Below are positions 9,743 through 18,738 of a stretch of 64,000 bases of DNA, piece by piece (position 1 is the stretch's first letter; each line of letters starts with the position of its first letter). The DNA lies in NCBI GenBank assembly GCA_045804965.1, contig JBJMMD010000037.1, positions 9,989 to 73,988 on the forward strand, read 5' to 3'. The position numbers and the translations under genes were made by a program. This DNA is from Thermomicrobiales bacterium (GTDB taxonomy: Bacteria > Chloroflexota > Chloroflexia > Thermomicrobiales > UBA6265). The notes beneath the pieces were generated by a model that saw only the letters and a list, made by a program, of their open reading frames with translations, searched no databases and was not told the DNA's origin.

Positions 9743-9773
9743 GGGCTGCGCAGATGCGCAGCCCGTTCTGTTT
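9743..9773. terminator. Hairpin between convergent rpmB and queG (likely bidirectional terminator)
   Basis: GGGCTGCGC (9743..9751), loop AGAT, GCGCAGCCC (9756..9764), followed by the T-rich GTTCTGTTT. Confidence 0.6.
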
Positions 9774-9775
9774 AC

Positions 9776-10954
9776 TCAGGGCAACGCTTCCAGCGCGAGC
9801 CGAACTTCCCCGATAACGGTTTCATCTAATTCAGTCGCTAGGCTCGACTCGAGCGCATTTCGCGCCTGGGAACCACCGATATGACCGACCGCCCACGCAG
9901 CATGAGCGCGAACAAGCGGTTCGTCATGAGCCGTCATCGCTTTGAGAAGCAGCGGCAAATCGTCATCGGTTCCGATGTTTCCAAGGACAACGACCGCATT
10001 CCGGGCGAGGCCGCGGCGTTTCGCGCGTGTCACCGGCGTGCCGGCATAGAGCGCGCTGAAACCATCTTGATCCATCGTCAAGAGGCGCGCAAGCGAGGGA
10101 TAGGCGTTGTCAATCGTGCGCGGCGAGAACGCGGGATCGGCGTCGACAGTGACCGCTTTGGTGTAGGGACAAACCTCCTGACAGATATCGCAGCCAAAGA
10201 CCCAATCGCCCATTTTGGCCCGCAGCTCGCGCGGAATGGATCCGCGCTGTTCGATCGTCTGAAACGATAGACAGCGGGGCGTTTCGATGGTGTACGGCGC
10301 GGATATCGCGCCGGTTGGGCAGCGATCGAGGCAAATCTGGCAGCGGCCACAGTTCTTCGCAAGCGGTTCGTCAGGCTGGAGCTCAAGATCGAGCACGAGT
10401 TCGCCGAGGAGAACCCACGAGCCGTGTCCAGGCACGATGATGCAGGAGTTTTTACCGTACCAACCGAGACCCGAACGGGCGGCGACGGCGCGATCGACGA
10501 TTCTCGCGGTATCGACCAGAAACCTTGCCTCGATAGAGCGTCCAACTTCTCGCTCCATTGCCCGATGCAGGCTGCGCATCCGGGTCTTGAGCAGCTTGTG
10601 GTAGTCGAGACCCCAGGCATAGCGCGCAATCCGGCCGCGAGGCATGTCGTCCGGCTTGTCCGGATCGACGGAACGGTAATCGACGCCGACGGAAAGGATC
10701 GATCGGGCAGAGGGCATCAGATTACAGGGATCGAGCGAGAAGCGCGCTCGTTCCGGAGTGAACCAGTCGAGTCCGTTGACACGCCCGGCGGATATGTGGT
10801 CGTTCAAAAACGGTTCAAGATCGGCGAAGGGCGAGGCCGTCGTGATCGCCGCGATCGACAAACCGTGCCTATGCGCCAGCTCACGAACGACCCGAGAGAG
10901 CCGCGCCGCATGGGTGCTCTTGGAGATGATGGAGATGGTTGCCGGCGCGTTCAT
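9776..10954 (-). CDS. queG: Epoxyqueuosine reductase
   Basis: Shows Fe-S cluster motifs (CGRCQICLDRCPTGA; CDICQEVCPY) and a C-terminal HEAT-like segment (EPLVRAHAAWAVGHIGG). Start set at ATG MNAPATISI (10952..10954), which overlaps the stop of the upstream PfkB gene as ATGA. The upstream part of ORF 9776..11239 overlaps that gene and is rejected. Confidence 0.9.
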   Translation of the reverse strand: MNAPATISIISKSTHAARLSRVVRELAHRHGLSIAAITTASPFADLEPFLNDHISAGRVNGLDWFTPERARFSLDPCNLMPSARSILSVGVDYRSVDPDKPDDMPRGRIARYAWGLDYHKLLKTRMRSLHRAMEREVGRSIEARFLVDTARIVDRAVAARSGLGWYGKNSCIIVPGHGSWVLLGELVLDLELQPDEPLAKNCGRCQICLDRCPTGAISAPYTIETPRCLSFQTIEQRGSIPRELRAKMGDWVFGCDICQEVCPYTKAVTVDADPAFSPRTIDNAYPSLARLLTMDQDGFSALYAGTPVTRAKRRGLARNAVVVLGNIGTDDDLPLLLKAMTAHDEPLVRAHAAWAVGHIGGSQARNALESSLATELDETVIGEVRLALEALP

Positions 10955-11907
10955 GCTCTGAGTGTAATTGGTTCCACCTGCAGGATCGAAGCGACGGCGT
11001 CGATCGACGGCAGAGCGGATTGGGCTCCCATCGCCCCGATCGATAAGGCTGCTACGGCGTTCGAGAAGCGGATCGCGCACGACCACTCCCATCGTAGGGC
11101 GGCGGCATAGGCGATCGCGCCTGCAAACGCATCGCCGGCCCCGGTCGTGTCGACGACGTCGACAGCGAATGCCGGTGCATCCCATCGATCTGAACCCGTC
11201 ACCGCCACGGCGCCATGGGCGCCTCTGCTGACAATGCATGCCCGCAGATTCGCACCCGCGATCGCGCCTTGAACGACGTTTAGAGCGGGTTCGAGTGCTG
11301 GTTGCCCGCTTAGTTCCAGCAATTCCCGTTCATTACCGACAAGCAGATCATGACGGAGCGCGATTTCCCAGGCATCTGCTTCACCGCTGTCGGCGAGGTA
11401 GGTCATTGTTCCAAGCAGTCGCGCGTTCGGAACCGAGTGCGCGGGCAGATCAACGAGAAAGCGGCGCAGCGGCATATCATCAACGTCAAGCAGAACAAGA
11501 TCGTGGCTAAATACGCTAGTGATGTCAATTGCATCGCCCTTGTGAAGACGAGCGCCTTGTTCCCAAAATATCGTGCGTTCCTGCTCCTCGCGGGAAACGA
11601 TGACAATTGAATGGTCGGTCGCTACTTCTGGTCTCGTTCCAACCTCGCGGCCGTCAATGCCTTCACGCGCCATAATCTCTCGGATTTTGATGCCGTGGTC
11701 ATCGTCGCCGACCATCGTCACGAGGGATATCGAAGCGCCGAGTCGCGCCAGCGTCACCGCACTGTTGAGCGTCGTGCCCCCGGGAAAGCCGAACACATCG
11801 CGCGTTATCGCGAACGAGCCGAGAGCGGGATAGCGATCGACGACGATATAGTCGTCCCAATCAGCAATGCCGATCGCGGCGATCCGAGGGGGCTGGCGAG
11901 CGGGCAA
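10951..11907 (-). CDS. PfkB-family carbohydrate/nucleoside kinase
   Basis: 318 aa with a ribokinase-like fold signature, including the C-terminal VVDTTGAGDAFAGAIAYA motif. The TTG start directly follows the stop of the upstream cyclase gene. Confidence 0.85.
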   Translation of the reverse strand: MPARQPPRIAAIGIADWDDYIVVDRYPALGSFAITRDVFGFPGGTTLNSAVTLARLGASISLVTMVGDDDHGIKIREIMAREGIDGREVGTRPEVATDHSIVIVSREEQERTIFWEQGARLHKGDAIDITSVFSHDLVLLDVDDMPLRRFLVDLPAHSVPNARLLGTMTYLADSGEADAWEIALRHDLLVGNERELLELSGQPALEPALNVVQGAIAGANLRACIVSRGAHGAVAVTGSDRWDAPAFAVDVVDTTGAGDAFAGAIAYAAALRWEWSCAIRFSNAVAALSIGAMGAQSALPSIDAVASILQVEPITLRA

Positions 11908-12576
11908 TTAGGACTCGCGGATCAAGACGACGCGGGCAGGCGCGCCATCGCCGGCGGCCAGACGTAACGGGAGACAAATGAGCCGGTAGGGGCCTGGTTC
12001 GATGCCGGCGAGGTTCAAACCTTCAATCACGAGCACATTGTTGCCGAGAAGCGTGCGGTGGGTTTCGTTTGCCGCGTCGTCAAAGAGTTCGATAGACAAA
12101 TAATCGATGCCGACGAGCCGGATGCCATGGTCGACGATCCATCTCGCGGCGGCCGGAGCAACCGCGACGTAGTCCTCCTCGAACTTGAGCTTGCCCGGGC
12201 GCCAGTGGGCGGAGTTCGATGTGCGGAAGAGCAGACGTTCTATGCCCTCGGGAATCTCCACCGCTTCGAGGTGCTCAACTTCGATACGTGCCGCATCGTC
12301 CGGAATGGCAATAACAAGACACGGCCCGATCCAGCGATCAATCGGAAGATCATTCAGTTTTGCGCCTTCGTCGATGAAATGCCACGGGGCATCGACATGC
12401 GTGCCGACATGGCTCGTGAACTTGAGGCTAGTGACGTTGGTGTCGTCGCCGTTGGCAATCCGGGAAAGCGGTTGCACTGAGACGTCGTCATCGCCCGGCC
12501 AGACGGGCAGATCGGGCGTTAGCGGCAGCGAAATATCAAAGTAGTGCGATCCATGGTGTGCCATTGCATCATCCAT
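11908..12576 (-). CDS. Cyclase-family protein (kynurenine formamidase-like)
   Basis: 222 aa. It has the HVGTHVDAPWHF metal-binding motif characteristic of the putative cyclase / arylformamidase family. An alternative start lies at 12564. Confidence 0.8.
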   Translation of the reverse strand: MDDAMAHHGSHYFDISLPLTPDLPVWPGDDDVSVQPLSRIANGDDTNVTSLKFTSHVGTHVDAPWHFIDEGAKLNDLPIDRWIGPCLVIAIPDDAARIEVEHLEAVEIPEGIERLLFRTSNSAHWRPGKLKFEEDYVAVAPAAARWIVDHGIRLVGIDYLSIELFDDAANETHRTLLGNNVLVIEGLNLAGIEPGPYRLICLPLRLAAGDGAPARVVLIRES

Positions 12577-12666
12577 TTCCCATCGCGCGCAATCAGCGCG
12601 CGGCCGCGAGTCGCTATCGTCGCACGACGGGCATGATGGAGCAACGCTTCCCGGGAAAAAGTCAAT

Positions 12667-13053
12667 TTAATCGACGTGGGAAAACGATGTCGTACGGGAC
12701 GATGGCATTTGCTGAAAGTTTGTCGTCTCAGGAAATGACCCTGGGTGTTCGGGCTTGCCGCTGAGATCGTACGAGAAGCGATGTAACGCGTCGATCTTTT
12801 TACCGGCTGAATTCAAGAGGTTTCGAATTCGATCTAGGTCTTGACGCATAGATTCGTCATGCTTGAGATGAAGTGATTCGGCTCGAAGTTCGATAGAGGT
12901 GCCGCCGAAGCATTCTACGCTCGCAATCTCGAACTGCTCATCGACGGGCTCAGAATTCGTGGCGACGCCTGACCCCGACATGGACGTGATCTGAGTTCTC
13001 GCCAAACGTCCGTGACGCTCGACCACACGGGAACGTGACGAATGCACGGTCAA
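12667..13053 (-). CDS. Hypothetical protein (no recognisable family)
   Basis: 128-codon ORF in a locally lower-GC stretch, where long ORFs are less likely by chance. It is divergent from an XRE regulator. The start is uncertain (TTG at 13053 or ATG at 12981). Confidence 0.4.
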   Translation of the reverse strand: MTVHSSRSRVVERHGRLARTQITSMSGSGVATNSEPVDEQFEIASVECFGGTSIELRAESLHLKHDESMRQDLDRIRNLLNSAGKKIDALHRFSYDLSGKPEHPGSFPETTNFQQMPSSRTTSFSHVD

Positions 13054-13124
13054 ATATCGTTACACCGGCGAGGTTGAGGGCGTAAGATGCATAGAGTCGG
13101 AGTGTCAACCGAAAGTCGAGCGGG

Positions 13125-13679
13125 GTGTCCTTGGCGAACGTGACACCAATCCACGGAAGACCAAGAGCGTCACGAAAGCGCGTCGTCGAGGACGACGTGC
13201 CGTTAAATCAACCCTCCGCTGGAGACGGTTCGATCGGGCTCGGGCTATGGATCAAGTCCAATCGGAAGGTTCAAGAGCTGAGCCAGCGCGACCTCGCCCA
13301 GCGCGCGTCAATCTCCCGGTCTTACTTGTGCGATATCGAGCATGGGCGAGGCGCGCAACCAAGCCTCTTCGTCCTTGAAAAACTTGCCATCGCGCTCGGA
13401 GCGACGAGCACCGAGATTCTCCGAGCGGCGGGAATCCTTCGCGACGGTCATGAAGCCGTCGACCACAGCCACGAATACCGCCTACTTTCCCTTTATCGCG
13501 ATCTCAGCGCCGAAGGGCGAGTCGCCGTCGAGCGATTCGCTCGCTTCGTCCACATCGAAGAGCAGCGATGGATCCAGACAGACCTGCTCGAAGGACAGGA
13601 GGGCCAAGCGTCCCGGTCTCTCCAAGAAGGTCCAGGTCTGTTTGACGCTCCTGAGCCGTCTCCGTCACGAAAGCCGTAG
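13125..13679 (+). CDS. XRE-family helix-turn-helix transcriptional regulator
   Basis: The HTH_3 core is LSQRDLAQRASISRSYLCDIEHGRGAQPSLFVLEKLAIALG. An extra C-terminal helical region and a disordered tail follow. GTG start. Confidence 0.85.
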   Translation: MSLANVTPIHGRPRASRKRVVEDDVPLNQPSAGDGSIGLGLWIKSNRKVQELSQRDLAQRASISRSYLCDIEHGRGAQPSLFVLEKLAIALGATSTEILRAAGILRDGHEAVDHSHEYRLLSLYRDLSAEGRVAVERFARFVHIEEQRWIQTDLLEGQEGQASRSLQEGPGLFDAPEPSPSRKP

Positions 13680-13699
13680 TTTGCGCCGAGCAGCGCCGG

Positions 13700-14044
13700 C
13701 TACTCCTTGACGTGACTCTGGATTTCTTCTGACACGAGAAAGGTCGCATCTGCGATCTTGGCAACCGCAGGCAACAGGCGTTCCTGATAATTGGGATCGT
13801 TCCATGCGGCGTTGAACGAATCGAGCGAATCCCAATACGCCTCGGTCACGAACCGGAAGGGCGCACGGGCCGAAGCTGGCCGGTCGGGACCAATGAGCGG
13901 CGTGCCAATAATCCGATAGAAATCGGACTTGATGACCCCGGGTTGGCTAATATTTGCCTGGTGATGTTCGGTCGTACGCCAACGAACAAATTCTTCCTCA
14001 TCGGTTTCAGGAGGCAGGTTATAGAGGACGGTAACTTTGATCAT
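13700..14044 (-). CDS. EthD-like / Dabb-fold small protein
   Basis: Start placed at MIKVTVLYNLPPETDEEEF (cat 14042..14044). The short alpha+beta pattern (kvtvly..p.d.eeF..w....H) resembles the EthD family. The assignment is by pattern only. Confidence 0.6.
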   Translation of the reverse strand: MIKVTVLYNLPPETDEEEFVRWRTTEHHQANISQPGVIKSDFYRIIGTPLIGPDRPASARAPFRFVTEAYWDSLDSFNAAWNDPNYQERLLPAVAKIADATFLVSEEIQSHVKE

Positions 14045-14282
14045 GTCATCTACAGCTCCACAACGTCCGATAGCCTCATTTTTAGCCGGTTCCACTCAAT
14101 TGTCGCGTATGCCCCGCACGAGCGCGTTTCACATGTCGAACCTGCTCGGCAAGCACGGGCGCCGCGAACGCTCCTGCTTCGAACAATCCTTACCGGACGA
14201 CACTGAGGCAGCGACGGAATCCGCAAGCATACCCGGTCGAGCTCGAACCTAAGACAGCAGTTCCAAATCCTAAAGATGAAAT

Positions 14283-14301
14283 TGTTAAACTGGTGTTAAC
14301 A
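14283..14301 (+). promoter_or_regulatory. PhoP-box-like direct repeat upstream of the DUF47-PiT operon
   Basis: TGTTAAAC (14283..14290) and TGTTAACA (14294..14301) repeat with an 11-bp period. This contains TTAAAC-N5-TTAACA, resembling the TT(A/T/C)ACA-N5 repeats bound by Bacillus-type PhoP. It lies 46 nt before the ATG at 14347. Confidence 0.35.
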
Positions 14302-14346
14302 CTCTGGGATTGCACGCGTTCGAGGTATTTGGCGGTGGGGGCGACT

Positions 14347-14988
14347 ATGGTGCTTGCGCGTTTCTTGCCTCGAGATGAAGAGTTTTTCGACAAGTTTGAC
14401 GAAGCGGCAGTGAACGCGGCAGAAACGTCTGCGCTTCTGCTCGAAATCGTCGAGCAAGAGGATGAGCGAGAACGACGGGTTCGCCGGCTTCGCGATCTCG
14501 AACATCAAGGCGACGACATTACCCACCGTATCTACAGCGCCCTGAATCGCACGTTCGTCACGCCGCTCGATCGCGACGATATCCAATCGCTGGCAGCGAA
14601 TATCGACGATGTCGTCGATGCGCTCGAAGAAGCTGGCAAGCGCTTGTGGCTTTATCGACTGGGGCAGACGACCGACGCGGCGAGATTGCTCGCCAGAATC
14701 GCGAGTGAACAATGTGCCCTCATCGCAAAAGTGGTCCCACTGCTCGAAACAGTGTCGAAACAAGAAGCTGATATGCGCGTGGCCGTTCTCGAGATCCATC
14801 GGTTGGAGAACGAAGCCGACGATGCGCTCAACAGTGCGCTCGCGACCCTCTACGACGGAATCACCGAGGTTCCGCAGTTGATCACCGCGCTCAGATGGCA
14901 AGAGATTTATCAACTCCTCGAAGACGCGACCGACCGCGTGGAGCATGTCGCGAATTCGCTTGAGGGGATCCTGCTGAAGCATGCCTGA
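14347..14988 (+). CDS. DUF47-family (PhoU-like, YkaA-type) phosphate transport regulator
   Basis: The sequence MVLARFLPRDEEFFDKFDE... is typical of DUF47. Its stop overlaps the PiT start by 8 nt. The ORF track start at 14293 is rejected in favour of the ATG at 14347 behind a G-rich Shine-Dalgarno. Confidence 0.85.
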   Translation: MVLARFLPRDEEFFDKFDEAAVNAAETSALLLEIVEQEDERERRVRRLRDLEHQGDDITHRIYSALNRTFVTPLDRDDIQSLAANIDDVVDALEEAGKRLWLYRLGQTTDAARLLARIASEQCALIAKVVPLLETVSKQEADMRVAVLEIHRLENEADDALNSALATLYDGITEVPQLITALRWQEIYQLLEDATDRVEHVANSLEGILLKHA

Positions 14989-15991
14989 TACGGCGTTGCT
15001 CACGCTCATTCTGATCGTCGTCCTTGGCTTAGTCTTCGATTTCATCAACGGATTCCACGACACTGCAAACTCCATCGCGACCTCTATTGCGACCCGCGCG
15101 CTCTCACCCGTGCAAGCGGTTTCAATGGCGGCGGTGCTCAATGTGGTTGGCGCACTGACCGGAACGGCGGTCGCGGCGACGGTCGGCAAGGGAATCATCT
15201 CGCCGGAGCTGGCGACACAAAAACTCGTCGTGGCGGCGCTCTTGTCGGCGATCGTGTGGGATCTCGTCACCTGGTGGCAGGGCATCCCATCAAGCTCGAG
15301 CCATGCGCTGGTCTTCTCAATTGTTGGCGCAGGAGTTGCCGAGGCAGGGGCCGACGCGATTGAGACCGCGGGTGTCACGAAAGTCCTCAAAGGCATGGTC
15401 TTTTCGCCATTGCTCGGATTTATCGGCGCATTCTGTCTGCTGATGATCTTGCTCTGGATTTTTGCCCGGAAACGGCCCTCGTTCGTCAACCACCTCTTTC
15501 GCCGCGGCCAGATCTTTTCTGCCGCCTATATGGCCTACAGCCATGGCGGAAATGATGCCCAAAAGACGATGGGGATCATCACGCTGGCGCTGGCGACCTA
15601 TCACGGTTGGAGCGGCAGCGAGTTTGAGGTTCCACTGTGGGTGATTCTTTCCGCTGCGGTCTCAATGGGTCTCGGCACGGCGATCGGCGGCTGGCGCATC
15701 ATCCGCACGATGGGATTCAAGGTCGTCGATCTGCGGCCAATCGATGGTTTCGCGGCCGAGACTGCGGCCGCGACCGTGATCGAAGTCGCCAGCCGGCTTG
15801 GAATTCCCGTTTCGACCACGCATGTCATTTCCTCCGCGATCATGGGCGTAGGGGCGACCCGACGCGCTTCAGCCGTGCGTTGGGGCGTTGCCGGCCGCAT
15901 TGTTACCGCCTGGGTCGTCACGATTCCAGCGTGCGTGATTCTGGGGTGGTGCATTTTTCAGGTGCTTGATGTGCTTGTGAATCTGTTTTAA
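14981..15991 (+). CDS. Inorganic phosphate transporter, PiT family
   Basis: 336 aa, polytopic. It shows the PiT signature motifs FINGFHDTANSIATS and GGNDAQKTMGII. Confidence 0.93.
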   Translation: MPDTALLTLILIVVLGLVFDFINGFHDTANSIATSIATRALSPVQAVSMAAVLNVVGALTGTAVAATVGKGIISPELATQKLVVAALLSAIVWDLVTWWQGIPSSSSHALVFSIVGAGVAEAGADAIETAGVTKVLKGMVFSPLLGFIGAFCLLMILLWIFARKRPSFVNHLFRRGQIFSAAYMAYSHGGNDAQKTMGIITLALATYHGWSGSEFEVPLWVILSAAVSMGLGTAIGGWRIIRTMGFKVVDLRPIDGFAAETAAATVIEVASRLGIPVSTTHVISSAIMGVGATRRASAVRWGVAGRIVTAWVVTIPACVILGWCIFQVLDVLVNLF

Positions 15992-16068
15992 GGGCGAGTT
16001 CGATTTCAATTCGTTGACCACGTGCAATCGCATCCGTATGCTCTCGCAGCGACAAATCGATCGCCGTC

Positions 16069-17826
16069 ATGATCGGAGGGGCGGTGGATAGCCGGATTGA
16101 CGGTCAACCGATCCCTGGATTTCCTGGTGTTAAAGTCGAGCGAAACGTGTGTTGCGCGATGCGCGACGGCGTCAATCTCGCGGCTGACGTCTACCGGCCG
16201 GCCACCGGCGGGCCGTATCCCGTCCTCCTGATCCGCATTCCGTATGACAAAACTCAGGCCGAGAACGCCACCTATTCGCACCCTGCTCGGTATGCAAGCA
16301 AGGGGTACATCGTCGTTTCCCAAGACACGCGCGGCCGGTATCGATCTGAGGGCGAGTGGTATCCGTTCAGGCATGAAACTGAGGATGGTTATGAGACCAT
16401 CGAGTGGGCCGCTAGGTTACCGAACTCGACCGGTAGGGTGGGGATGTACGGTTTTTCGTACGGCGGGGCGACCCAACTCTTGCCGGCGCGGAAGAAGCCC
16501 CCCAGTCTTGCGGCAATCTGTCCCGCAATGACCAGTTCTCAATATTACGAAGGTTGGACCTTTAACCAAGGCGCCTTTGCCTTGGCGTTCGCAAATTCCT
16601 GGGCGTTGAGTCTGGGGACTGACAACGCGCGACGCCGTAGCGATGCAGCGGCGATGGCTGGCTATGCTACTGCATTCGCGGCCGCGCTCGATTGGGATTG
16701 GTATTCGCCACTCGTTGACAATCCGCCGATGAAAACCGGCGACACCGGCTATTACTTCGATTGGATCGCACATCCGAGCTATGACGATTACTGGCGGCAA
16801 TGGAGCATCGACGAGGATTACGGCCAGATCGATGTGCCCGGTCTCCACATTGGAGGTTGGTACGATACCTTTTTGAGCGGAACGGTAAAGAATTTTGTTG
16901 GACTCGCTCAGGGAGCAGGATCGACCATGTCAAGAGAGGCCCAGCGACTGATCATCGGGCCGTGGTTTCACATTCCGTGGAAGCCACTGGTCGGTGAATC
17001 CGGCGATCGGGCATCTGCACAGGTCGTTGACGATTGGCAGCTTGCCTGGTTTGACCAGCATTTGAAGGGTCTTGGTTCGGCGTTCGGCGCGCCGGTCAAT
17101 GTCTTCGTCATGGGCGAGCATCGGTGGCGATCCTTTACAACGTGGCCTCCGGCAGAGAGTACTGAAACTCCGTGGTTTCTGCATAGCGACGGCCGCGCGA
17201 ATTCGAAGTTTGGCGATGGCGAACTTTCGCATACGGTGCCCGCAGTGGAACCCGCGGATATCTTCACCTACGATCCCAACGCGCCCGTGCCCAGCGCAGG
17301 CGGTCACTCGTGCTGCTTTGACTTCGTCGCGCCGATGGGGCCCGCCGACCAGCAGGTTCGGGAGGAGTCAAACAACGTCTTGGTCTATACAAGTCCGCTT
17401 CTCGAACGCGATCTCGTGCTCGTCGGTAACGCCTCGTTGTTGTTGCATGCAGCAACGTCGGCGGTGGACACTGACTGGACCGCACGATTTTGTCATGTTG
17501 ATGCAGCCGGGATGTCGACGAACATTCAAGAGGGAATCGTCCGCTCTCGTTATCGTGAGTCGATCTCGCAGCCGAGGATGCTCGAACGTGACGCCATCTA
17601 TGCCTATGAGATCGTGCTTGGGCCAGTTGGGATACGCATTCCGGCTGGACATCGACTGCGAGTGCAAGTGTCGAGCAGCGACTTCCCGCAATGGGACCGC
17701 AATTTGAACACCGGCGGGCCGCTGGGGACCGAAGGGATGATGCAAGCGGTCGTGGCGACACAAGTCATTCTTCACGATCAAGACCACCCGTCGCGATTGA
17801 TCCTGCCCGTGATCGAGCAAATGTGA
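16069..17826 (+). CDS. CocE/NonD-family hydrolase (S15 X-Pro dipeptidyl-peptidase-like)
   Basis: 585 aa. It has the N-terminal alpha/beta hydrolase region with MRDGVNLAADVYRP and a GFSYGG nucleophile elbow, plus the C-terminal jelly-roll domain typical of the family. Confidence 0.88.
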   Translation: MIGGAVDSRIDGQPIPGFPGVKVERNVCCAMRDGVNLAADVYRPATGGPYPVLLIRIPYDKTQAENATYSHPARYASKGYIVVSQDTRGRYRSEGEWYPFRHETEDGYETIEWAARLPNSTGRVGMYGFSYGGATQLLPARKKPPSLAAICPAMTSSQYYEGWTFNQGAFALAFANSWALSLGTDNARRRSDAAAMAGYATAFAAALDWDWYSPLVDNPPMKTGDTGYYFDWIAHPSYDDYWRQWSIDEDYGQIDVPGLHIGGWYDTFLSGTVKNFVGLAQGAGSTMSREAQRLIIGPWFHIPWKPLVGESGDRASAQVVDDWQLAWFDQHLKGLGSAFGAPVNVFVMGEHRWRSFTTWPPAESTETPWFLHSDGRANSKFGDGELSHTVPAVEPADIFTYDPNAPVPSAGGHSCCFDFVAPMGPADQQVREESNNVLVYTSPLLERDLVLVGNASLLLHAATSAVDTDWTARFCHVDAAGMSTNIQEGIVRSRYRESISQPRMLERDAIYAYEIVLGPVGIRIPAGHRLRVQVSSSDFPQWDRNLNTGGPLGTEGMMQAVVATQVILHDQDHPSRLILPVIEQM

Positions 17827-18725
17827 TGGTCCACCGCCGGAGTGAGCTTTCAGTTCCCGCGTCGAACTGGAAAATGATCGAGAAGGCCCTGGCGTCGGAC
17901 GCGGATATCGCCTTCCTCGATTTGGAAGACTCGGTCGCACCTTCTGAAAAACCGCCCGCCCGGCGCAATGTTGTGCGCGCCATGCGCGAGCTCGATTGGC
18001 GGGGCAAACCGCGCGCGTTCCGCGTGAACGGGTTGGGAACTCCGCACTTCTACCGCGACATCGTCGAGGTGTTCGACGACGTCCAGGGCAATATCGACTT
18101 CGTGATCTTGCCCAAGGCGGAGTCGACGACTGACATTGCGAAGATTTCAACAGTCCTACGGAAGCTTGAAACGGAAGCGGGCCTTGAGCAGAAGCTGGGC
18201 ATCGAAGTCCAAATCGAGAGCGCCAAGGGCTTGCTCAATGCCGCCGCGATTGCGGCGGCTAACCCGCGGATCAACGCGATCACCTTCGGTCCAGGAGATT
18301 ATTCGGCGTCGGTCGGTATGCCGAGTGTATCGATCGGCGCACGCGACGAATGGGATGAAGCGTATGGCGCCGACCGCTGGCATTTTGCGATGCAGACCGT
18401 CCTCGTGGCGGGCCGAGCGGCGGGCGTCAGCGTGATTGATGGACCGTTCGCCGACTTCCGGGACGCTGAGGGATTTCGCACGTCTTGCCGGCGTGCCCGA
18501 TCGCTTGGATTCGACGGGAAGTGGTGCATTCACCCTGGGCAGATTGCCGTCGCCAACGAAGTCTTTTCACCCACAGTAGAAGAGATTACCTGGGCCACCG
18601 ACGTTGTTTCCGCGTATGAGACCGCGAAGCGCAAAGGCGAAGGTGCTGTTGCAGTCGGGAACACGATGATTGACGCCGCGAGCGTGCGCATGGCGAAGCG
18701 GATCGTCGAAGACACCGCCGGCTGA
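17826..18725 (+). CDS. HpcH/HpaI aldolase / citrate-lyase beta-subunit-like (CitE-family) lyase
   Basis: Begins MVHRRSELSVPASNWKMIEKA and includes FLDLEDSVAP, both typical of the CitE family. The ATG at 17826 overlaps the upstream TGA by 1 nt. The upstream part of ORF 17691.. is rejected. Confidence 0.88.
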   Translation: MVHRRSELSVPASNWKMIEKALASDADIAFLDLEDSVAPSEKPPARRNVVRAMRELDWRGKPRAFRVNGLGTPHFYRDIVEVFDDVQGNIDFVILPKAESTTDIAKISTVLRKLETEAGLEQKLGIEVQIESAKGLLNAAAIAAANPRINAITFGPGDYSASVGMPSVSIGARDEWDEAYGADRWHFAMQTVLVAGRAAGVSVIDGPFADFRDAEGFRTSCRRARSLGFDGKWCIHPGQIAVANEVFSPTVEEITWATDVVSAYETAKRKGEGAVAVGNTMIDAASVRMAKRIVEDTAG

Positions 18726-18738
18726 AGTTTGCACAAGA

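Noticed and set aside
10955-11239. N-terminal 95 codons of the 487-aa queG ORF. Analogous 5' extensions occur in ORFs 17691.., 25904.., 57903.., 30659..32038, 6670..7557, 268..900 and 14293...
   Set aside because: These extensions overlap the preceding gene or are Arg-rich and unlike proteins. In each case an internal start with a Shine-Dalgarno or a stop-start overlap gives a product matching normal family length.
13215-13240. tRNA-like GGTTCGATC T-loop-type words (also near 48229 and 55068)
   Set aside because: The flanking sequences do not form a T-stem or an acceptor stem, and the hits lie inside well-supported coding frames. I found no cloverleaf.
14296-15489. 397-aa minus-strand ORF antisense to the DUF47 and PiT genes
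   Set aside because: It fully overlaps two genes with clear family signatures on the plus strand. Its translation is low-complexity (Ala/Ser/Thr/Pro/Arg-rich) with no motif. Long antisense ORFs are expected in GC-rich coding DNA.
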